From Octopus sinensis (taxonomy: Eukaryota): DNA of 64,000 nt. Shown in pieces: positions 37,681-47,479 of the stretch. How positions within the stretch are numbered: position 1 is the first letter of the stretch; each line of letters starts with the position of its first letter. Under the pieces are notes generated by a model that was not told the origin of the DNA, did no database searches, and worked only from the letters and a program-made list of their open reading frames with translations. A program made the position numbers and the translations under genes. The stretch lies in contig NC_042997.1 in assembly GCF_006345805.1 (NCBI RefSeq), forward strand, positions 54,312,001-54,376,000, written 5' to 3'.

Positions 37681-38237
37681 ATTATAGAGGCTCTTTAACA
37701 TTACATGTTATATGATGATGGTGAGTCACATAACCCATTGGGTTACAGGGATATCTTTGAAGTTCTTTTCTCCATGTAAGTTATAGCAAGTCAGCCTAGC
37801 AGAACCCTCCACTTTCCTAACCATTTGAAACTCTCAGTAAGTCAGCACTGAAATGACATCAGTTTTACCTTGCATTCACTGATTAAATTTGCTAAGTTGT
37901 TTCTACAACTATTTACTCCAAGATAGACTGAGCCATTTTAGAATTGACCCTGCCATGGACACAAAATAGTGCCAGAGACAGTGTGAATCTTCAGCTACTT
38001 GTTTAATGTCCCATTTTCTTTGCCTTGTCAATAAATTATATCATTTTATAAGTAATTTATTACATATTTACAAATATATAGAAGTAATTATATCAAGTGT
38101 AGCATGCTGACTTTGTGTGTTTAATCCATTCTTTTTCACTGTAGGGTTAGACAACCAAAGTAATCAGACATACTCAACACTAACAATAAAATAATGGTAA
38201 TAATCATAGGCTGTACCAGTCTAGGAATAATAGATTA

Positions 38238-38718
38238 CACTGTGTAACATGATTTTTGTCCTTGGGTAGCAACTGTTATTTCCTATTTGCTTACTTCTAC
38301 AAAGTATGAAAAATGGTTAATATTTCCTTCAAATTTTGCTTTTGTTACATTTATTCAAACCCCAAAGAATCCCTCTCAACACATGGGTATAATGTTCCCC
38401 ATTACTCCTGCTCATGATCAGAGATGCACATATTGTTAGCCACTAAGGGACATGATCAAGAGATTAAGGTTAAGCAATTGACAAACAAATCTATGGTATT
38501 GAGCAGAATATTTGCTATCATGATATTTATTCTTCAGCAAATCAGTGCTGAATCTGTCTGAAATGTAATGGAAAATAGGTCTGTTTCAAATAGGTCTGTC
38601 ACAAAAGCAAAGTTTGAAGGGAATAGTAGTCATTTCCTTTGATTTCTAGATAGAAGCAAATAGGAAATAACACTTACTGACCTAAGACAAAAAAAAATTA
38701 GAATTTTGTTACACAATG
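38238..38718 (+). mobile_element. MITE of about 480 bp (copy 2)
   Basis: TA-cactgtgtaaca...tgttacacaatg; about 55-bp imperfect terminal inverted repeats. Confidence 0.8.
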
Positions 38719-38742
38719 TTATTGCTTTATTTTTACTTGCAG

Positions 38743-38913
38743 TGTTCTAAAACCTGTGGATTTGGACAGAAACAGCGAGCTGTAAATTGCATGGATTATG
38801 AAAATAAATCTTTAGCTGAGGATAAGTTTTGTTTATTCAAGAAGCCTAAAACCCATAGAAGATGTGCTGAGTTCCCTTGTCCTTTACAATGGACCACAGG
38901 CCCTTGGACTGAC
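38743..38913 (+). CDS. ADAMTS9: ADAMTS exon 22: TSR13
   Basis: CSKTCGFGQKQRAVNCMDYENKSLAEDKFCLFKKPKTHRRCAEFPCPLQWTTGPWTD. Confidence 0.95.
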
Positions 38914-39929
38914 GTAGGTTTTAATTATTTTTTTCTTTACTAATTATGAATTTAAAACATCAGATTTGAGTTGTAGTAATTTTTGCTTTTTCCATTCAAT
39001 TTCTAAATGTATATTGGATGTAAGTGCTTTGACTAGGTGATTGGTTCTCAGTAGCATAGCTTTTGGTCATAGAAACTGAGAATAAAGCAGAAAATTTTGA
39101 TGTAAGATGGATGAAGCATGCAAAAATGATTGCAAAAATGTAGGATAGATGTCTCTATAGATGAGGTTGGTGATGAAGATTAATGAGGTTCTTTTTTCTA
39201 TCAGTTGTTGTCAGCATTCTGTTTAGACCATTGGTGCATAGTTTAAGCAGTGGTGATGATTTAGTGGTTTTAAACATTTTAATTCAAATGGATGTTATGG
39301 GCATCAGCTTTGAAATTGAATTGTAAATGTGAAAACTTTGAAACATTATTTTTATTTTTTTTACATTGCAAAAAGGCCGTAAATCTTAGAGGATTGGTCC
39401 ATTTTATCACACCCACTACTTGAATATTACTTATTTTATTGACCCTGGAAGGACTAAAGATATAATTGATTCTGATAATATTTTAAATCAGAATGTATGG
39501 GGATAAAATGTTGTACCAAAAGATATTTGGTCCCAGTCTCTACAGATCCTATCTTTGACCACTAATTAATTTTGTATCCTAAAGCACTTTTACTGATTCC
39601 CATTAAAAAGATATCTCTTTCAACTTTTACTGAATTATTATATGTCATTAGATCAGATAATTTGATTTGTTTTTTTTAATTTATTTACTCACTACCTTTA
39701 ACTAAAAAGTATTGCATTATATTAGAGGGTTTCAAAACACCATATTAACATGGCCCTCTTGAAGAATACACCAAGTCTATGTCTTAAGTACATAGTTACT
39801 TTCACTACTTTCATTTTTATTATAAAACAATTCAGTTAGTGCTACTTTTTTTTAGAACTAAATGTCTACCTCATCACATGTGTTTAAATGTTTCTTTCTT
39901 TTTCCTTTTCCTCCACTACCATCATTCAG

Positions 39930-40115
39930 TGTTCAGCAACCTGTGGCCTTGGGTGGCAATCACGATCAGTGGTTTGTAATTCTTTCTCTAAAGAAAACTG
40001 GATACTTGGTGAATCACAGTCATGTAAGAACGCAGAAAAGCCTCCTTCTCAGCGTTATTGTAACTATGGTGACTGTGATGGATATTTCTTCTGGAAGGTT
40101 TTTTCTTGGCAGCAA
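39930..40115 (+). CDS. ADAMTS9: ADAMTS exon 23: TSR14
   Basis: CSATCGLGWQSRSVVCNSFSKENWILGESQSCKNAEKPPSQRYCNYGDCDGYFFWKVFSWQQ. Confidence 0.95.
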
Positions 40116-40277
40116 GTAAGTATTAAACTTAATATTATACTGTATCAATTTGTTTACATTAAATATAAAGGTGGATATCAGTAGTAATTGCATTTCTGTA
40201 CAGTAGAATATATTCTATATATTTTTTGCTAACACTGTGTGTACAGACAGCTGTAAACACTTTGTCTTTATATATAA

Positions 40278-40661
40278 CTAGCAGTATCACCCAGTGTTGC
40301 TCGGGTTTGTAAGGGAAATAACTATATAAGCATTTTTAGAGAGTTATAGCCAAAAATTAGCAAAAAAATGCATTAAAAATGGAAAAAAAATTATGGTAAA
40401 TTTTTTTTAAATCATTGACTCATCGTAGACATTTTTAGAGAGTTACTTCCCTTATATAATAGCGAAAAATGCATTAAAATGGAAAAAATTTTTTTTTAAT
40501 CGTAGACTCATCGTAGACGTGCGCTAATACCCAGAAGGGCTCGATATGAATCACGACTATAAGATACTCGGTTTTGGTTAAACTGCATCGCAAAATGTGG
40601 GAGTAGTTAGGAATCTAAATCGTAGGAGACAGACACACAACTTCACTTTTATATATAAAGA
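40278..40661 (-). mobile_element. Complete non-autonomous Helitron (384 bp)
   Basis: On the minus strand A|TCTTTATATATAAAAG...cccgagcaacactggg...CTAG|T. Confidence 0.85.
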
Positions 40662-40699
40662 TATCTTTGTGCTCAGAGAAAGTGGGATCTACTAGATTA

Positions 40700-41113
40700 G
40701 TTTTTATCCTTACTCTTTTACTTGTTTCAGTCATTTGACTGTAGCCATGCTGGAGCACCGCCTTTAGTTGAGCAAATCGACCCCAGGACTTATTCTTTGT
40801 AAGCATAGTACTTATTCTATTGGTCGCTTTTGCCGAACCGCTAAGTTACAGTGACGTAAACACACCAGCATTGGTTGTCAAGCGATGTTGGGGGGACAAA
40901 CAGACACACAAACATATACACACACACACACATATATATACATATATACGACAGGCTTCTTTCAGTTTCCATTCTACCAAATCCACTAACAAGGTTTTGG
41001 TCGACCTGAGGCTATAGTAGAGGACACTTGCCCAAGGTGCCACGCAGTGGGACTGAACCTGGAACCATGTGGTTGGTAAACAAGCTACTTACCACACAGC
41101 CACTCCTACGCCT
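40700..41113 (-). mobile_element. SINE family C, full length
   Basis: Head with A box TGGCTGTGTGG and B box GGTTCAGTCCC; central TA/TG repeat; tail tgactgaaacaagtaaaagagtaa. Tail-only pieces at about 16385-16435 and 61101-61158. Confidence 0.88.
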
Positions 41114-41392
41114 TAGTTGGAATTTTATCAGTGACTGAGTACCTTTTAAAAGTCTACAAAGACACTGATTATAAACACACTATTACTAACGACTTAAATA
41201 GATGTATAGGCCAATTTGCATTATGTAACATGTTCTAGAAAGTTAATAAAAGATTCTTTAAATTCTCTACCTTTTTTTTTTTTGGAGAATTTTACTCAGT
41301 GTTACAATGCTATTTACATCCTTATTACAAATGTTCTTTATTTTCCTAACCTATCCAGTGTTAACTTAGTTTTGTGTTATTTTTCTTAATAG

Positions 41393-41525
41393 TGTCCTGA
41401 CGCTTGTGGAATCCAGGAGGTTAACAGGAGAGTGACCTGCATTGATAAAGCTGGCCGAGAATATCCTTCCTCAAACTGTAAAGATACCGCTCCAGTATCA
41501 AAACGAATATGTCCCAATAAAAGAT
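41393..41525 (+). CDS. ADAMTS9: ADAMTS exon 24: TSR15
   Basis: CPDACGIQEVNRRVTCIDKAGREYPSSNCKDTAPVSKRICPNKR; donor T|gtaaat, phase 1, matching the next exon. Confidence 0.88.
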
Positions 41526-42700
41526 GTAAATTGAATTTTCATTTTAATTCTAATTCACCTTATCTAATTTAAATTTATTGAGACTATAATCAAGATAAAC
41601 AAATTTTTATCAGTATTTCAACTTGCCTTTATATTTAGGATTTATGCTGAATAGTTGCCAATGAAATCACTGTTACTGTCATATAAATATTAGTTTCAAA
41701 TTTTGGCACAACGCCAGCCATTTTGAAAGAGTGGATAAGTTGATGATATCAACTCCAGTGCTCAACTGGTACTTATTTTATTGATCATGAAAGGGATGAA
41801 AGATAAAGTTGACCTCAGGAGAATTTGAACTCAAAGTGTTAAGACAGACAAAATGCCGCTAAGCATTTTGCCCAGTGTACTAATGATTCTGCCAATATTT
41901 ATACTATCGCATAAATATTGACAGTAGCTGTTACAAATTTAAATAATGAAACTGCTAATGATGATGGAGAAGAGGATGACTACGAACATGACAATAATGT
42001 TGTTTCATTTCAACAACAGTAATGATTACAATAACATCAGCAAATACTTTTGATACTCACTCCTTTTCTCAACTCTCTTGCAAAAGAAACTTTCTCTTGA
42101 GTTAATGTTACCACTCTAGTATATCATATTCAATTTGCTCTTATTTAATTACTATAGAACAATGCCTGCTTATTAAACAAACACTGGGTCAATAGTTAAA
42201 AGTGCATATAGTAATAGTATAATAAGGAAGATTTAAGTGCACTGGACTTCTTAGAAGAGATTCAGTATGCCTTAAGTAAGTAGCCACAGTACTGTATCAG
42301 GATGCATATCAGTACACAGTTTTGCAGGTTTTTCTAACATTTATGAAGATGCAAATGCAAAACAGCTTGATACTAATGATTGTAATGGACAGAGTAGAAG
42401 ATGTTGGAGATGGGAAAATTTATGACATATGTCTTATTTGCCTAAGTCCTTTCATGGACACAATTCACAAAAATTAGCATTCTGTTGAGGGGGAGAAATG
42501 TTTCCCAAATGCATAAAATGTTGAAAACTGACTACAAAAAAATAAGTTTTTTTAAATAGATATAATTCTGTAATCCATGTAAAAATGTGTCAAAATTTAA
42601 GGTGACTTTTTTAATAAATTTTCAAACATTTTTCCCTAATGATTTTTTCCAAATTCTAATTGGTTAAAATTGTTGTTTTCTCCTACATTTAAATATTTAG

Positions 42701-42792
42701 GTTTTGTTTCTTCATGCCAAGAATTAAGAGATTCAACATCCATTAGGCAAGATAGCACCTACCGACTACTTATCAGAGGAAAACTTGTCCCG
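42701..42792 (+). CDS. ADAMTS9: ADAMTS exon 25: GON domain start
   Basis: (C)FVSSCQELRDSTSIRQDSTYRLLIRGKLVP. Confidence 0.9.
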
Positions 42793-42974
42793 GTAAATTG
42801 TTTTTGAACATTTCAATTTGTTGCTTGCATAAGTCATCTCTTAGCTCTCTCTTAAACTTTTCTTAATTCTGTCAAGTTCACAGCTTCTGGGAGTCTTTTA
42901 GCTTCTGCTAAAGTCAGTGCCAATATGTTAAAAAAAAAAAACAATGATCTTTTATCTTTAATCTTTTTCTTTTT

Positions 42975-43477
42975 TTTCAGTCATTAGCTTGTGGCCATGC
43001 TGGGGCACTGCCTTGAAGAATTCTTAGTCGAATGTATCAACCCCAGTCCTTATTATCTTTTTAAGCCTAGTATTTATTCTGTCAGTCTCTGTTGTCAAAC
43101 CACTAAGTTGTGGGGATGTAAACACACCAACACCAGTTGTCAAGCAGTGGGGAGGAACAAACACAGACACACATATATATATATATATACTCCTGGAATG
43201 GTTGGCATTAGGAAGGGCATCCAGCTGTAGAAACCATGCCAAATCAGATTGGAACCTGGTGCAACTCCCCAGCTTACCAGTTTTCAGTCAAACCAGCCAA
43301 CCCATGCCAGCATGGACAATGGACATTAAATGATGATGATGATGATATGCATATATCCACTAACAAGGCTTTGGTTGGCCCAAAGCTATAGTAGAAGACA
43401 CCTGCGCAGGGTGTCATGCAGTGGGACTGAATCCAGAACCATGTGGTTGGGAAGCAAGTTTCTTACCACACAGCCAT
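42975..43477 (-). mobile_element. SINE family C interrupted by a family B tail (43190-43346, + strand)
   Basis: Family C tail and body, then a TA run, then the family B core with (GAT)n, then the family C head resumes. Confidence 0.8.
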
Positions 43478-43717
43478 GCAACATATAGCAATGCTCTGTG
43501 AAAATTTGTCCCAAAACTTGAGACTTCTTCTAATGACTAAATTTGTGTGGTCATAATTATAGAGTTTCAGGTTTAGACTTAAAGATTAACTTTTTATTCT
43601 TCACTTTCCACATAACTTGTAACAAAAAATATTTTGATTTCTACAATATCTCTTGCAAATAAAAAATATTTTCAAAAACTGTATTTTTTAGTATGTTAAG
43701 GTAAAAGTTATCTATGA

Positions 43718-44030
43718 TGTGAAGGAGGAAAAGACGGAAGCAGAGAGAAAATTACAGTAGTCTTACTTGTCTATCTGGAAAGGTTACTCACAACATCCAT
43801 GTGCTCTATCTATGTGGATGGGGTTGCTCACAATCTCCACGTGCTCTGTCTGCCACCGTACCGTCTAATAGGTCTGCTTTCATACGCTGTCCACTGCCAA
43901 CTGACTACTCGTGCCTCGCCGACCCCGCATGCCCACCATGGCCCTTCCAGTGGGACCACTTCTGACAGGACATGCATGCTCCCTCACTTCCGGTCCTTCC
44001 CCACAACACAGCCTGACTCATAACACCACA
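43718..44030 (-). mobile_element. Solo-LTR-like copy related to 55940-56221
   Basis: Shared ends tgtga.ggagg.aaaga... and cataacaccaca; internal ~35-bp tandem duplication; no target-site duplication. Confidence 0.6.
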
Positions 44031-44407
44031 ACTTTTAAATTTTATTTTGCATCACATAAGAATGTATCATTGCATTTGACACATTGAGCAAATTTTTTAT
44101 TTGAAAACTCCACTTCTTAAATAATGAAAAATTATAAGCACAAAAAAAAATATATTGTTTCCTTGAAGAAACTTCAACAGTAATCAAATAGAAAGCAAGA
44201 CATTAAAAATTCAATATATGGATAAAATTTCATTCCATTTTTTACAAAAACCTTAAGATATCTGAAATCCATACTTAGCTTTAATTTATTTTACAGAGAA
44301 AATTAACTACAAACTTTTATAATAATCAAGATATTTTAATAATCTAACATACCATGGTAAATTTTTCATCCTCTTACTAAATAGTATTACTTTTATTTTA
44401 CATCTAG

Positions 44408-44496
44408 ATATACTGCAATAAAATGAAAAAGAATCCTGTTGAATACATTACTCTACAATCTCCTGAAGAAAACTTCTCAGAAATCTATGAAAAACG
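44408..44496 (+). CDS. ADAMTS9: ADAMTS exon 26: GON domain
   Basis: IYCNKMKKNPVEYITLQSPEENFSEIYEKR (IYC..M...P.EY.TL...NFSE.Y pattern). Confidence 0.93.
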
Positions 44497-45660
44497 GTAA
44501 GTTTGTTGTCAGAAAGAAGTTGTAGAATTCTGTAATTGTTTAGTGATGAAAACATTGATATAATGACTAGGTGCAACCTATAGATCTTATTTCTAGATAT
44601 ACCATGCCCCTGCTTAGCTGAGGACCATACAGTACATTACAACACACAATGGTTAATCATGCATAGTGCAGTGAGACACTCTGGACATGTATCTCCACTA
44701 CCTTGCCTACTTCTATCCACCTATAAATTCTGATAATAGTTATAATAGTTGTGGCTAGAGTGCAGGTTGAGATGGTCTCAATCCAAATTTGACAAATGCT
44801 GACCCCACTGTTCTTATCATTGGTACTTATTGTGAACTTACACATGCATAGTTTTAATTTTGAGAGATACCAAATTATCTGAGATTATGTCTTGCAATTG
44901 ACTGGTCATTTATCCAGTGAGGGGATTTATCTGATATTTGCTTTATACCATGAATATTTAGAGCTTATTATAGTTTTTCAACCCGGATCCCTGATTGAGC
45001 AGACATATGATCTCATCATTGTTCGGATTGTGCAAGGACTACATTATTCAGTATGTTCTTAAGATAGTAGGGTTTGATTTGAGAGAGATTTAACTGCTCT
45101 TTGTAGTAGATTGAGTGCTTGTGTAGAGGCTTCCTCATTGGTTTATGATAAAAGGTTGAGTATTGATAAATAAATAGAAAATAGGGATGTGAGTCACTAT
45201 TTTATCTATTGTGCTATTATGTAGATAACAGCCTATGTTTACCTAACTGAGAAGCTTAAGAGAGTTTGGTGATAAAAAGGAGATTCAGTTGGGGAAAAAA
45301 ATTCCACTCCAAGCAAACACATATTAACAAAGAGAAATTATTTTCTTGATTAAACTAAATAACATTCATAATGGCTTCTGCTTTAGGCATGAGGTTAGCA
45401 ATTTTAAGGGAAATAGATTAGTTGATACTGTCCATGCCAGTGCTAACTTGATGCTTTATTTTTTTGATCTCAGAGAGATGAAAGGCAAAAGTGACTTGGA
45501 CAGAATTTGAACTCAGGAAAAATACAAACAAGGCATTTTCACTAACGATTCTTCCAGTTTATCACCTTATAATGCAAATAGTTTCAAGATATGTTGATGT
45601 ACTCAAGGTTTCTAGTGTAATTTTGTAGGGATTTTTTTGTATCAAAAGTAACATTCTAGA

Positions 45661-46137
45661 TTTGGAGTAAAGATTATTTGCCAACATAACATGGCAATCC
45701 TGGTTTAGGACAAATGTTGCTGTAATTTAGCCCCAGGAGACATCGTCTCTAGCCAGCTATACGACACAATCTGTATTCTTATATTTTCAAACAAGAGAAT
45801 CTAGCACCACCACCCCACCAGCTCAAAACAAAATCGGTGTATCGCGATTTCCAGGTTATTTCCCTTCATCAGCACAGAATAATTGTTCGGCTAGAGGCAG
45901 CGCCACCTCTAGCCAAACAATTATTCTGTACTGATGAAGAGAAATAACCCAGAAATCACGATACATGGATATTGTTTTGAGCTGAGTGGGGGTGCTAGAT
46001 TCCCGTGTTCGAAAATATAAGGACACAGACTGTGTCGTATAGCCAGCTGGAGACGATGTTGCCTGGGCTAAATTACAGCAACATTCATCCTAAACCAGGA
46101 CTGCCACGTTATGTTGGCAAATAATCTTTACTCCAAA
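45661..46137. repeat. 477-bp palindrome (arms about 235 bp, loop about 8 nt), Penelope-LTR-like
   Basis: tttggagtaaagattatttgccaacataac ... ggctagagg-cagcgcca-cctctagcc ... gttatgttggcaaataatctttactccaaa. Confidence 0.93.
45837..45875 (-). ncRNA. Minimal type-I hammerhead-ribozyme-like motif
   Basis: GUG-CUGAUGA-AGGG-AAAUAA-CCUG-GAAA-UCGCGA-U-A-CAC; the mirror copy on + at 45927-45967 is more decayed; positions 10.1/11.1 form an atypical A-G pair. Confidence 0.5.
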
Positions 46138-46371
46138 GTACTGTTTCTGAATATCTCTCATTGTGAGATTTACAAATAGTAATTTTCTAATGTCTAGATT
46201 TGTTTGTATTTGGTTGGTGAATGGTCAAATTAAGGGGCAAAAAGGGATAAGATGAGAAAACCTGTTGATATCAAATTGTCATCATTCTTAATTTTAATCA
46301 TGGCTTGATATAAAAATAACAATATTTCACTTTAATCGTGTGTTTTTATTTGTTTATGTTTTTATTTTTAG

Positions 46372-46508
46372 ACTGAAAAAGAAATGGACTTGCCCTCAAA
46401 ATGGTAGTCGCATTGACAATTGCTATTGTCATAAAAAAAATTTCAGCAAAGCGGGTTACACAACATTTTCAAAAATACGAATTAGTTTAAAAGCATTAAC
46501 TGTAGTAT
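46372..46508 (+). CDS. ADAMTS9: ADAMTS exon 27: GON domain
   Basis: LKKKWTCPQNGSRIDNCYCHKKNFSKAGYTTFSKIRISLKALTVV; phase 2 to 1. Confidence 0.94.
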
Positions 46509-47479
46509 GTAAGTATATTTCACCCTCAAACCTATTTTTTGTAAATCTGATGATATTCCCCCAACATTCTCTCTCTTGTTTGTATGAGTGTGTGTGTATG
46601 AGTGGAAATCCTGGTAAAACAAAGAAAATGTTACTTGTGGATGCCTATGTGTGAAGATGTTAATATTGAATGAACTGTTAATCAACCCATAGTTAATAAG
46701 CAAGATCATATGTGCACATTGTGCTTCCAGAATCTCAGTTCTATTGGGATGGGCAGGTCTTCTTGAGAACTGCATATTGCTATTCATTCCAATCTTTTAT
46801 CAGCCCCGCCATGAGGTTTCAGGTCCTGAGATTAGTCTTCACTACTTTGTCCCATCAATACTCTTAGCTTTTTGTTTTTAATCTAAGTGAACAAAAGCAA
46901 GAAACTTGAAACAATGTTGGAATGAATCTTTGGCTTTAAAAAAGTAAATTCTATGTCATGAGAGTATTTTTTCCCATATCTAACCAAAACAGTTCTTTCT
47001 TTCTCTTCATATACAAATTCATGTGTGTCTGTATATGTTTATATGTGTGTGTGTGTGTATATATGTATCATCATGGTACTCTGTCAGTTGCGACTCACCA
47101 GCTGTGCAAACAATATTAAATATGTAAACAAGAGAAAAAAATGGAAAACAGGACAAGGAAACACAGAGAAAGGACCCTTCATCAGTTGTTGGCTATCTAT
47201 CTACTCCTCATTTCAAGCATTCAACAACAATATGAGTCTTCAAAGACAGTTGCTCCCATAAATTCTAAAATAAAATTTAGGATTTATGGAGGGTCAAAGT
47301 TGGGAACAAAAACAGGAAAGTGAAGATATACAAGGAAACCAAACGAAAGCAAACATTTAATGATAATTTAATAAAAAATAAAGTAAAATGTACGGTTACT
47401 CACTAATAATGAATAATATTGATTTAAGACAATGGTGATGAAAATAATGAAGGTAATGACTGCAAAGCAATGAAGATTT

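Noticed and set aside
41516-41521. AATAAA inside exon 24 as a poly(A) signal
   Set aside because: It encodes Asn-Lys; cleavage there would precede any stop codon; expected by chance in AT-rich DNA.
47080-47340. Additional hammerhead (CTGATGA on the minus strand at 47185-47179)
   Set aside because: No GAAA with closing stems follows; it may be a decayed Penelope-like repeat but cannot be supported.
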